From positions 38,545 through 102,544 of the forward strand of contig JAFGDV010000002.1 in the NCBI GenBank assembly GCA_016931955.1: DNA of 64,000 nucleotides, in the 5' to 3' direction. A model generated the notes under the pieces. The model did no database searches and was not told where the DNA came from. It worked only from the letters and a program-made list of their open reading frames with translations. Origin of the DNA: Candidatus Altiarchaeota archaeon. GTDB taxonomy: Archaea; Altiarchaeota; Altiarchaeia; IMC4; QMZM01. Position numbers and translations under genes: made by a program. Below, piece by piece: positions 1 to 9,070 of the stretch; within the stretch, counting starts at the first letter, position 1, and each line of letters begins with the position of its first letter.

Positions 1-42
1 CTCAGCTGTTAACTGAACTGAAGAGGCTAAGAAAGGCTTAAG

Positions 43-1617
43 ATGGACTGGAGATACATTCAAGTGGGTTTTTTCCTTCTCTTATTGCTCTCAGGCCACG
101 CTACTGCCGCAGATTATGGGGATATTGACATCAGTTTGACAACAATAGACTACGCATACCCGAGCGGCTTCATCACATTCAATGTAAACTTGACCAACGT
201 AGGCGACAGAGGGGTCTGCATAGATCAGGTATTCATCAGAGGCTCAACAAGATCCAACAGGGGATGGAATCCAGGGCCATTCTGCGTTGACGTTAATGAA
301 TCAGGGACACTGCAAACCTGGACTACGGTATCGGGCAGAGAGTATACCGCAGAGGTCGTCTACCAACTGTCTTCCTGCGAGGGTGTGGAATGCTTGCCTG
401 ACAACAGGAATCGAGTTGCATACTCCAACACCCTCACGCTAGACTTCATAGAAAACCCTCGTTCTAAGACGTATTATTTCTTTGTCGCATATGGCTACAT
501 CCTGCTGTTTTTGTTTATAGTCTACCTGCTTACTCAGCCGCGTGAGAAATATATCGTCAAATCTTTCCTTCTGTTGTTAGCAGTGGTTAATCTATCAACG
601 GCGCTTCTTGACTTCATGTTTGACCTCCACGAGCGGTCTTTCTTTTTCTTCGTCTTGTTCAGTTTCTTTGTGATCGCTGTTTCAATATGGGTTGAGAAGA
701 TCCCTGGAAGGGAAATAAGGGAGTTATCTAAAGAGGAGGGGAAAAAGCACATAAACCAAATAAAGAGGGATTATCTTGTCTGGAGCGGTCTATGGTTTGC
801 GTTCGTCTCCCTTGAGTTGTTCGTACCGATCTTCTGGGGTTTGATCAAGCCATCCATTGCAGCCTTTTATGCAACAACCATATTGGTTTTCTTCGTGTTC
901 ATACTCTTCAAGAGGGGCATAGTGGATGATAGGTTCTTCACCATAGTGACGTCCTTCGTTTTCGCGTTTTTCATTATAAACCAGGTAACTTCTCCCATAT
1001 TTGAGCCCAGGGTGAACGTTATTGGGATAGAACCCATGTACGTCATTCAAAGCAGTTCAAGCAATATCAAAGGCGCTTCATACCATAGAGTGGACAGGAT
1101 AGACCTGCAGGTTGAGCCTGCCTTCCTCGGCTTCCTGCCCTCCTTTGGCGAGAGGAGGGTATTCAACGAGGTCCTGCTTTCCTTACCCGACAGCTATATG
1201 ATACGAGACCTTGCAGTAGAATACCCTTGCGGTATCAGGTTGAAAGAACAGAACACTTATGGAGTGGTATTCGAGGTGGACTCATATTCGGCAAACAACA
1301 GATTCTGCCTCTGTCAACTGGGGTGTGAGAGATTGATTGACTTATCGGCTTTAGATCTGGATTTGGAGAGAAATACGCCGTACCTCATAGACGAGGAGAA
1401 TAGAACATGGGACTGCAGTAACGTGACCATTTCAAACAAGGGTATCTTAGACATCAGGGGATACAGACACTTTCTACCTCATATGAACGGAACCTTGACC
1501 TGTTTCGTCGACAACAAAGCGTCGGAATGCAGATACGATCCCTTAGCAGGGGGATACTACATCTCAGCAGACATTGAAAGCGGTGAGGAAGTAACACTTG
1601 CCATCTGCGTTAGATGA
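43..1617 (+). CDS. Hypothetical multi-pass membrane protein (signal peptide, extracellular Ig/CARDB-like N-domain, about 6-7 TM helices, C-terminal soluble domain)
   Basis: 524-aa ORF; hydrophobic N-terminus ending ATAA; several Phe/Leu/Ile-rich stretches between about aa 145 and 315. Confidence 0.7.
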   Translation: MDWRYIQVGFFLLLLLSGHATAADYGDIDISLTTIDYAYPSGFITFNVNLTNVGDRGVCIDQVFIRGSTRSNRGWNPGPFCVDVNESGTLQTWTTVSGREYTAEVVYQLSSCEGVECLPDNRNRVAYSNTLTLDFIENPRSKTYYFFVAYGYILLFLFIVYLLTQPREKYIVKSFLLLLAVVNLSTALLDFMFDLHERSFFFFVLFSFFVIAVSIWVEKIPGREIRELSKEEGKKHINQIKRDYLVWSGLWFAFVSLELFVPIFWGLIKPSIAAFYATTILVFFVFILFKRGIVDDRFFTIVTSFVFAFFIINQVTSPIFEPRVNVIGIEPMYVIQSSSSNIKGASYHRVDRIDLQVEPAFLGFLPSFGERRVFNEVLLSLPDSYMIRDLAVEYPCGIRLKEQNTYGVVFEVDSYSANNRFCLCQLGCERLIDLSALDLDLERNTPYLIDEENRTWDCSNVTISNKGILDIRGYRHFLPHMNGTLTCFVDNKASECRYDPLAGGYYISADIESGEEVTLAICVR

Positions 1618-1672
1618 CTATAGACACAACGTATATATACCTCGTTCTCTATAAATACTTACTGAGGGTAAA

Positions 1673-1888
1673 GTGACCATCAAGGCTTGTATGAAGTGTT
1701 TCGGTAAGAGGATTAGGCGGCATTTCCACAGTAAGAATGTTGATATTGGATACTTCCCATTAGTCATGGACTGGGTATGCGAAGACTGCGGCTATAAGGG
1801 AATCCCTATAGTGTTCTGTAATGAAGAGGACTACGTGAACTTCATCACAATACATGAAAGCCACGATGATAGAGATAAGAAGGTTTGA
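1673..1888 (+). CDS. Small zinc-ribbon protein
   Basis: 71 aa with CMKC and CEDCG knuckles; GTG start preceded by GAGGGT and an upstream TATATATA. Confidence 0.6.
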   Translation: MTIKACMKCFGKRIRRHFHSKNVDIGYFPLVMDWVCEDCGYKGIPIVFCNEEDYVNFITIHESHDDRDKKV

Positions 1889-2147
1889 TTCAGCCCTCGG
1901 CATTAGGATAGAACTGCAGAACGCCAACCTGCTGCTCATTACTGCGGAGAGGGGCTATGTCATGTGCGGCTACTTGGACATAAAAGCTGCTGAAAAACTG
2001 GGCGACTCCGCCTGCATTGTAACAGGGGTGAAAACATTCGACGACGTTCTTGAATCACGGATAGTGGGAGTCAGCTCAAAGGCCAGGGAACTGGGGATAA
2101 GGGAGGGGATGAGTGGTAGAGAAGCCCTGTCTCTCTTATCTACTTGA
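1854..2147 (+). CDS. YunC/DUF1805 family protein (true start may be ATG 1866)
   Basis: Family-like motifs GYVMCGYLDI, IVTGVKTFDDVL, ARELGIREGMSGREAL. Confidence 0.8.
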   Translation: MKATMIEIRRFDSALGIRIELQNANLLLITAERGYVMCGYLDIKAAEKLGDSACIVTGVKTFDDVLESRIVGVSSKARELGIREGMSGREALSLLST

Positions 2148-2883
2148 TCTTTATATCTTCTAAGACTGGAAACTGGTTTCTGGTCTCCTTGACCCTCCGC
2201 CGATCCACCATGCACTTAAGCACCTCTTCTCTGTCGTCTCCAACAGCGAGAAGGTCGCCCCCAGGGTCAACTGCCATCGATCTGCCATTATATTTGTTAA
2301 GCAGATCCTTGCCAACGCGATTACAGGCTAGGACATAGAACTGGTTCTCTATCGCCCTCGCCTTAACCAGAACATCCCAGTGTTTCTCTCTGGTCTTCGG
2401 GAAGTTCGCACAGACTAATACGAAATCGGCTTCGTTTTCCATGAATCCCCTGAATAACTCGGGGAACCGTATATCGTAGCACGTTGCCAATGCAATATTC
2501 CCGAATCTTGTTTGCGTTATCGACGGCTCACCGCCGGCTGAGAAGAAGTTTTTCTCTTTGTTGAAGAGGTGGATCTTCCGGTATTTACCTATGACGCCTG
2601 TTTCGTCCACGAGGATGAAGGTGTTGTATATCCATTTATCGTCAACTTCTATGAGGGATCCTGCGACCATCTTATTGCCGCAGGCGTCGGTTATTTCTTT
2701 CATGGTCTTCCCATCAAGGGGCTCTGCCAACTGCACAATGCGGTTGAAGTCGAAGCCCGTTGTGAACAATTCGGGGAATAAGATGAGGTCCGCCTTTGAG
2801 CCCCTGATTATCTTCAATGCCTTGTCAAGATTCACCTCCTTCTCCCCTAACTCGATATCCATTTGTGCGATTTCCACGTGCAT
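2140..2883 (-). CDS. Carbon-nitrogen hydrolase (nitrilase/amidase family)
   Basis: E-K-C triad in LFPELF, YRKIHLF, TCYDIRFPE; start reassigned to ATG 2883, immediately after the thrC stop. Confidence 0.9.
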   Translation of the reverse strand: MHVEIAQMDIELGEKEVNLDKALKIIRGSKADLILFPELFTTGFDFNRIVQLAEPLDGKTMKEITDACGNKMVAGSLIEVDDKWIYNTFILVDETGVIGKYRKIHLFNKEKNFFSAGGEPSITQTRFGNIALATCYDIRFPELFRGFMENEADFVLVCANFPKTREKHWDVLVKARAIENQFYVLACNRVGKDLLNKYNGRSMAVDPGGDLLAVGDDREEVLKCMVDRRRVKETRNQFPVLEDIKIK

Positions 2884-2884
2884 T

Positions 2885-4159
2885 CTAGCCCACCTCCCTT
2901 TTAACCGCCTCAAGCGTCGGCTTAATAACAGTCGGCTTGTTCGCGAATCTGGAGAAGATCCCATCTAGTCTAGATAGGTGGTAGTTGATTGTTGCGTCAG
3001 GGTCCTTCAGTATGTTGCCCGTTATCACACAAGCAACCCTTTCTTTGGGATCTATTACACCCGCCTCCATGAGTTTCTTTGCGCCTGCGACTGATGCTGC
3101 GGACGCTGGTTCGCAGCCTATACCCGATGCATCGACGATTGCTTTGGCATCCATGATCTCCTGGTCGGTGACCTGCTCCACAACCCCGCAGGTCAGCTTT
3201 ATCGCCCTCAATGCCTTCTTCCAGCTCACGGGGTTGCCTATCTTTATAGCCGTCGCTATGGTCTCTGGGTTCTCCACAGCCTCCAACTCCTTCAGATTGT
3301 TCTTCCACAGGCCATAGAATGGATTGGCTCCAGAAGCCTGTATTGAAGCGATCCTTGGTATTGAATCTATCAGCTCAAGCTCTACAAGCTCGTAAAATGC
3401 CTTCCCGAAGGCTGCTGTATTCCCCAGGTTACCGGCTGGGACTATGATCCAATCGGGTGGCTCCCATTTGAATTGCTGGACTAGTTCAAATATTATGGTC
3501 TTCTGGCCTTCAATCCTCCAGGGGTTTATCGAGTTCAGTAGATACATTCCCAACTCCTCTGCGGACTCCTGTACCAGGGACATAGCGTCGTCGAAGTTGC
3601 CGTTGACCTGGAGAACCTTGGCGCCATAAGCGAGCGCCTGAGACAGTTTTCCGAACGCTATCATGCCTTCTGGGATGAAGACGATAGACCTCAGACCTGC
3701 AAGGGAGGCGTATGCTGCCATGGAAGCTGACGTGTTCCCTGTGGATGCACATGCTACCGCATTCATACCCAAGCGTTTCGCCTCAGAGATTCCAGAGGTC
3801 ATACCGCGGTCCTTGAACGAACCTGTAGGATTTTCGCCCTCATGCTTCAGCACTATGTTACTTATCCCAGTATATTCCCGAACTCTCTGATGCGAGTAGA
3901 GGAAGGTATTACCTTCAGACTTTGAGACGATGTCTTTATCCAATACGATCGGGTTAACGAGCTCACGAAATCGCCAGACTCCGCTGGTGTAAGGGAACTC
4001 CCTTGAACCTATCCTCTTGTCGAATAGCTCTTTTGATACAACCCCCCTCAGGGATTCCAGGTCAGGTACTGCATCCAGCAGGCCGCCGCAGACACACCTA
4101 TTTATCGCGCCCCCGTCAAACGATTTATCGCATTCTATGCACTTGAGTTTTACGTCCAT
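2885..4159 (-). CDS. thrC: Threonine synthase
   Basis: PLP lysine motif NPTGSFKDRG, CASTGNTSAS, PAGNLGN, N-terminal Zn ribbon. Confidence 0.93.
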   Translation of the reverse strand: MDVKLKCIECDKSFDGGAINRCVCGGLLDAVPDLESLRGVVSKELFDKRIGSREFPYTSGVWRFRELVNPIVLDKDIVSKSEGNTFLYSHQRVREYTGISNIVLKHEGENPTGSFKDRGMTSGISEAKRLGMNAVACASTGNTSASMAAYASLAGLRSIVFIPEGMIAFGKLSQALAYGAKVLQVNGNFDDAMSLVQESAEELGMYLLNSINPWRIEGQKTIIFELVQQFKWEPPDWIIVPAGNLGNTAAFGKAFYELVELELIDSIPRIASIQASGANPFYGLWKNNLKELEAVENPETIATAIKIGNPVSWKKALRAIKLTCGVVEQVTDQEIMDAKAIVDASGIGCEPASAASVAGAKKLMEAGVIDPKERVACVITGNILKDPDATINYHLSRLDGIFSRFANKPTVIKPTLEAVKREVG

Positions 4160-4199
4160 CCTCTGTTATTATAGATTCTCATCAAAATAATATAACGTC

Positions 4200-4889
4200 A
4201 TGGAAGATAAAATCAAGGTGGTGTTCTTTGACATAGACGACACCCTCTATGATAGTAGCATGCAGACCGAACGGGCAAGGAAGAACGCCATTAAGGCGAT
4301 GATAGAGGCCGGTCTGGATGTGGATGAGGATAAAGCGCTTGAAGTCCTCCATGGGATGATCAAGAAATTCGGGTCCAATTACCAGTACCAGTTCGATGAA
4401 CTGCTGAAGGAATTCGATTACGATCCCAATCCAAGGATAATAGCCGCTGGGGTTGTCGCATATCATACGACAAAGGTTGCCTATCTTGTCCCCTTTCCAG
4501 ACACGGTGCCGATGCTTCTGAGGTTGAGGGATCTGAACTACAAGCTGGGCGTTATAACGGATGGTATCGCAGTGAAGCAGTGGGAGAAATTGATACGCCT
4601 AGGAGTCCAACACTTTTTCCATTTTGTCACGATATCAGGTGACACTGGAAGTGAAAAACCCGACCCGGAGCTTTTTAGGAGAGCGATCGATAAGTCGGGT
4701 TGCGCCCCGGGCGAGACCATGATGGTTGGGGATAGATTAGACAAAGACGTCAAGGGGGCGAATGAGGCTGGCATGGTCACTGTCCAGGTTATGAGAGGAA
4801 AGTACCGTGAGGTTAAACCGAGGGAAGAAATCGAAAGACCTGATTATGTGGTATCCAAGCTGTCGGATATCCTGAGAATATTAGGTTAG
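4200..4889 (+). CDS. HAD-superfamily hydrolase (archaeal TIGR02253-like)
   Basis: FDIDDTL motif I, ITDG motif II, KP motif III, VGDRLDKD motif IV. Confidence 0.9.
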   Translation: MEDKIKVVFFDIDDTLYDSSMQTERARKNAIKAMIEAGLDVDEDKALEVLHGMIKKFGSNYQYQFDELLKEFDYDPNPRIIAAGVVAYHTTKVAYLVPFPDTVPMLLRLRDLNYKLGVITDGIAVKQWEKLIRLGVQHFFHFVTISGDTGSEKPDPELFRRAIDKSGCAPGETMMVGDRLDKDVKGANEAGMVTVQVMRGKYREVKPREEIERPDYVVSKLSDILRILG

Positions 4890-5165
4890 TCGTCTATTCT
4901 CGATCTTGAGTACGTATCCTAACTTCATCGCCTCCTCTACTAGGAATTGATCAACGTCCATCGAGTAGGTTTTCGCTATGAGTATGTTGTTGAAGTAATA
5001 GAAGTTGTGCCCTTTCTCCGCAGTTGAAGGGGATGATAGTATCCCAAATACTATGTCGTTGTTTGGGAACTCATAGCGTGCTGTTTTCCCGTATTCCCCA
5101 TCCCTCACGTGGCGTATCACCCTAACAACCGTCTTAGGTTTGACTATCCTATCCCCTTCGGCCAT
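4881..5165 (-). CDS. Hypothetical protein
   Basis: 94-aa ORF starting 1 nt after the apgM stop; no recognisable motif. Confidence 0.55.
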   Translation of the reverse strand: MAEGDRIVKPKTVVRVIRHVRDGEYGKTARYEFPNNDIVFGILSSPSTAEKGHNFYYFNNILIAKTYSMDVDQFLVEEAMKLGYVLKIENRRLT

Positions 5166-5166
5166 T

Positions 5167-6375
5167 TTATGCCCCCAACAATAGTTTCATGAATTCCTCC
5201 CCCTCCTTAAGACCGAAAAGACCCTTTGCTGCTGATCTTTCGTCATATGAGTTCACTTCATCCCCTGAGCTATCTGTTGAGTATATTGTGAATGGTACTG
5301 GGTCGCTTATGTGTGTTCTCTCCTTTATTGGGGTCGCATGATCAGCTAATACAGCGATCTTGAATTCCTTATCCTTTAATGAATTAAGGAGTCTGCCTAT
5401 AAGTCTTGAATCAAGGTCCTCGATTGCCTTTATCTTCTTTTCAAGGCTGCCTTCATGTGATGCTTCATCCGGCGCTTCCACGTGTATGTAAACAAGGTCT
5501 TTTTTCTTCAGTGCAGATAATGCCGCATCCGCCTTCCCTTCATAGTTCGTGTCCAAGTAGCCGGTAGCCCCCGGAACATTTATTACCTCAAGGCCGATGT
5601 AGACCCCTAAGCCCTTTAGTAGGTCCACTGCAGATATCATGGCGCCTTGTTTGCCGAATCTTTCGTTGAATTTCGGCAGGTTCAGTCTTCTGCCCGCCCC
5701 CCAGAGCCACAGCATGTTTGCCATTGGTTTTCCTTCCTTCTTTCTCATGAGGTTTATGGGGTGTTCCTCCAGTACCCTCTTTGATTTTATTATGATATTA
5801 TTTAACATTTCTGCCGTTTCATGCGCGGAATCATTCAGGGGCCTGACCAGATTTTTTTCAACCTCTCGATCGATCACGTCATGAGGCGGCTTACATGATA
5901 TGTCTTCAGAATACCTACTCGATCTTAGAACAAGGATGTTGCGATAACTAACCCCACTATAGAACTCTATCTCAGGTGAGCCAAACTCCTCTCCAACAGC
6001 CCCCATCAGCTCACGAGCTTCCCCTGTAGTTATATGACCCCCACTATAATCCCTAAGGATTCCATCCTCCACAGTAACCAGATTACACCTAAATGCTATA
6101 TCCTGGACTCCCAACCGTATGCCCTGGCTTGCGGCTTCCAGAGGCCCCCTGCCACCCGTATGATATTTCCTCGGATCATAGCCAAGAATGGAGAGATTAG
6201 CTACATCACTGCTAAGGGGCATGCCCTTGAATAGGGTCCTCAATAGTCCAGAACATCCCATCTCTGCAATGTGGTCCATGTTGGGCTTTCTTGCAACCAT
6301 TAAGGGTGTTTTACCACCTAACTCCTCTATTGGACGATCCGCCATACCGTCCCCAACGACGACAATATACTTCAT
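5167..6375 (-). CDS. apgM: Cofactor-independent phosphoglycerate mutase, archaeal type
   Basis: GDGMAD, SDVANLSILGYDP (phospho-Ser), HVEAPDEASH, ADHATP. Confidence 0.93.
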   Translation of the reverse strand: MKYIVVVGDGMADRPIEELGGKTPLMVARKPNMDHIAEMGCSGLLRTLFKGMPLSSDVANLSILGYDPRKYHTGGRGPLEAASQGIRLGVQDIAFRCNLVTVEDGILRDYSGGHITTGEARELMGAVGEEFGSPEIEFYSGVSYRNILVLRSSRYSEDISCKPPHDVIDREVEKNLVRPLNDSAHETAEMLNNIIIKSKRVLEEHPINLMRKKEGKPMANMLWLWGAGRRLNLPKFNERFGKQGAMISAVDLLKGLGVYIGLEVINVPGATGYLDTNYEGKADAALSALKKKDLVYIHVEAPDEASHEGSLEKKIKAIEDLDSRLIGRLLNSLKDKEFKIAVLADHATPIKERTHISDPVPFTIYSTDSSGDEVNSYDERSAAKGLFGLKEGEEFMKLLLGA

Positions 6376-6417
6376 TTTATACTTTTAATTATGTTTTCAC
6401 CTTAATAATTACTTAAC

Positions 6418-6882
6418 ATGCTCTCAGAGAAACTATCCATAAGAGCGTTCAAGGAAGACGATGCAAGACAGGTTGTGAGGCTTCACCACGAATCCTCGGA
6501 GAGATTTGAGGAATTAGAGATAACTGAGGACTTCATAAACAGCATCGCTCAGAGAAGTGACTTCAAATTTTTTGTCGCAGGCGATGGCGAAGAGGTCACA
6601 GGCTTCATAGGGCTTCTGTTTCATGTCAACGTTGGACGGGCGGAGGTAGGCCCAATATGCGTAAATCCACTGCATAGGAGGAGGGGCATAGGCACAAAGC
6701 TTCTGGACTACACTACCAACTTCCTAAAGCAAGCGGGTGTAAAGAGGATAATAGCCAAGGTGAAACTCAATAACGAAGAAGCTATCGACTTCTTCAAAGC
6801 CAACGGCTTCGTCGAGGAGGGACACTTCAAGGAATACACAGTCAAAGGCGAGGATGTGGTCCAGTTGAGAAGGTTCATCTGA
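6418..6882 (+). CDS. GNAT family N-acetyltransferase
   Basis: Acetyl-CoA motif A (VNPLHRRRGIGTKLL) and NEEAIDFFKANGF. Confidence 0.88.
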   Translation: MLSEKLSIRAFKEDDARQVVRLHHESSERFEELEITEDFINSIAQRSDFKFFVAGDGEEVTGFIGLLFHVNVGRAEVGPICVNPLHRRRGIGTKLLDYTTNFLKQAGVKRIIAKVKLNNEEAIDFFKANGFVEEGHFKEYTVKGEDVVQLRRFI

Positions 6883-6980
6883 TGTCTGAGTATTATGTTA
6901 TACTTTTAAATCCCAGATACACATAATTTTACTATACTTTTTTAATCAAAGACACTCATAATTATAATTATTGCTTACTA

Positions 6981-9026
6981 GTGACGATTACGATGATTAA
7001 GCGGTTCACCCACATATCCCTGATCTTGCTCTTGCTAGCTTCTATAGCATCGGCAGCGTATATAGACGAGATAGAAACAAAACCAAAGGACATCGATCCT
7101 AATGGAGAATTCACCATCAAGGTGTATCTTGGGGGGGAAACCTGCGGTATTCAGATGAAGATCTACGTAGACGACAAATTATTCTCCTCAAAGAACATCG
7201 GCTGTGAGAACGATGAGGTGGAGACGAACGAGTGGGATCTGAGCAAAGACATCCTGGAATGCGGAGTCCACAAGCTGCAGGTTGATCTGATCGACAGCGG
7301 ATCCCTTATTCAGACAAAAAAAGTCGACCTGAACATAGGGAATGCTCCACAGATTACGATAAGCCCAAAGGAGCCAATCCCCAACGCTGAAACAACGATA
7401 ACCTTCAAGGACAGGGAAACAGGAAAGCTTTTGAGCGACATTGACGTCAGGATATTCAATATAAGAGATGGAGCCTCATCCGCCAAAGAATACTCAACAA
7501 ACAATAAGGGCGAGATAAAATTCATATCAGATAGTGTCGGTGATTTCAGGCTCACTGTCGAAGACCCAAAGTACTGCGGAACCCTTGACTTCTGGATTAG
7601 AAAAACCATGCCATTTGCAGGCCCATTCCCCGAGGACCCGGTAGTCGGTGAAAGGATAGGTGTCGCGGTCCCAGCTGGCGTCGGCGTAAAGTACATCGAC
7701 TCCGAGGGCAACGTTTACCCCCTGAGAAACCTTGGTGGGGGGGTTAACCTCACCATCAACGAGGCGGGCGATTACACGCTCATCGCGGGGGATGTGGGCA
7801 TCATATACTGGAGGGTGGTGAAGAACTTCACCGTCTCCGATAAATCACGGATGAGTGCGAAGATTGAACCAGAAAAGGCAGTAACGAACAAGGTGGTTTT
7901 ACTAACAGTAACAACTCGGGGAGAGCCCATATCCAACACACCAGTTAAGATAACAAAGCCCATAGGCGGCTCTGAAACATTAGAGACGAATGCCAATGGC
8001 GAGATAAGGTTCACTCCTGAAACCGTGGGTACATACCACTATAAGGTAGAGAAACAACGCTATGAAACCCTTGAAGGGGACGTATCTGCTAATAACGCCT
8101 TCACTGTAGAGATAACGCCATATGAACCAACTGCAGACGAGGACATAACATTGAATGTCACAAACCAATTGGGTAACAGGGTAGATAACGCGATGGTTTA
8201 TATCGAAGACTCCTCAGGTATTGTTGTAACCGAGAGAACAGGCTTTGATGGCTCTTTTAAATTCAGGCTATCTGACCCCAGGGAGTACACGATTAGGGTA
8301 CAGAAGGAAGGCTTCTGGGATCTTGAGGATAGGATAAGGGTCTATGGAGTAATATCAATCAAGCTGTGTCCAAATGAAATGGAGATAGGCGATGAAATGC
8401 GTATATCAATAACGGACAATGAGGGTATGGAGACCCCAGCAGGGATAACGGTGACCAAGCCAGACGGCAGAACAGAGACCATAAGGAATACCACGTATAA
8501 GCCGGCAAGGGTTGGCGTGTACACAATAGAAGCCTCGAAAACAGATTACAGAACAGTCTCGGCAGAACTGACCGTCAACCCGCACCCCATAGAGGTCACG
8601 CCCACCATAGTAGACAACAACATCATCGTAGTTTTAGAAAGCCACGATAAGCCTGTTTCAGGACTTACGGTCTTGATCACCACACCCAATGGTGAGGTGC
8701 AGGCTTTGACGGACGAAAACGGAATCGTTAAAGCGCCGGTGAACAAGGAGGGCAACCTCACCATCAGCGTGAACAACATAGACACAAATGACGAATACGA
8801 GAATTTGATAATAAGGAGGCGAATAGCGAAACAATACGACTTCATCCTCTTGATCCTGCCAGTGTTCTTTGTAATCATCGTTACCTTCTTAACGATACTC
8901 GTAATAGAGTACTTCCACAGACAGAAAAAGAAAACAGACAAGGGAGAGGGACTATTCCATGGATCCAAGGAGACGAAAACAAGCGCCTATGGATCCAAGG
9001 AAAAGAAGACAAGCCTCCGGGGTTAG
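6981..9026 (+). CDS. Secreted, C-terminally anchored surface protein with repeated beta-sandwich (Ig/carboxypeptidase-regulatory-like) domains
   Basis: Signal peptide (ASIASA), recurring TKPDG/KxGY-type modules, C-terminal TM helix plus Lys-rich tail. Confidence 0.75.
   Translation: MTITMIKRFTHISLILLLLASIASAAYIDEIETKPKDIDPNGEFTIKVYLGGETCGIQMKIYVDDKLFSSKNIGCENDEVETNEWDLSKDILECGVHKLQVDLIDSGSLIQTKKVDLNIGNAPQITISPKEPIPNAETTITFKDRETGKLLSDIDVRIFNIRDGASSAKEYSTNNKGEIKFISDSVGDFRLTVEDPKYCGTLDFWIRKTMPFAGPFPEDPVVGERIGVAVPAGVGVKYIDSEGNVYPLRNLGGGVNLTINEAGDYTLIAGDVGIIYWRVVKNFTVSDKSRMSAKIEPEKAVTNKVVLLTVTTRGEPISNTPVKITKPIGGSETLETNANGEIRFTPETVGTYHYKVEKQRYETLEGDVSANNAFTVEITPYEPTADEDITLNVTNQLGNRVDNAMVYIEDSSGIVVTERTGFDGSFKFRLSDPREYTIRVQKEGFWDLEDRIRVYGVISIKLCPNEMEIGDEMRISITDNEGMETPAGITVTKPDGRTETIRNTTYKPARVGVYTIEASKTDYRTVSAELTVNPHPIEVTPTIVDNNIIVVLESHDKPVSGLTVLITTPNGEVQALTDENGIVKAPVNKEGNLTISVNNIDTNDEYENLIIRRRIAKQYDFILLILPVFFVIIVTFLTILVIEYFHRQKKKTDKGEGLFHGSKETKTSAYGSKEKKTSLRG
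8959..9018 (+). repeat. Imperfect 30-bp tandem duplication in the cytoplasmic tail (HGSKETKTSA/YGSKEKKTSL)
   Basis: ATGGATCCAAGGA occurs at 8959 and 8989. Confidence 0.8.
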
Positions 9027-9070
9027 GGAGTAGATATTTATATCCATCTAACACATAATCTTAGTGTAAG

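Noticed and set aside
6378-6945. Three TATACTTTT(T)AA-like copies around the GNAT gene
   Set aside because: Consistent with ordinary BRE/TATA promoter and T-tract elements rather than a dedicated repeat.
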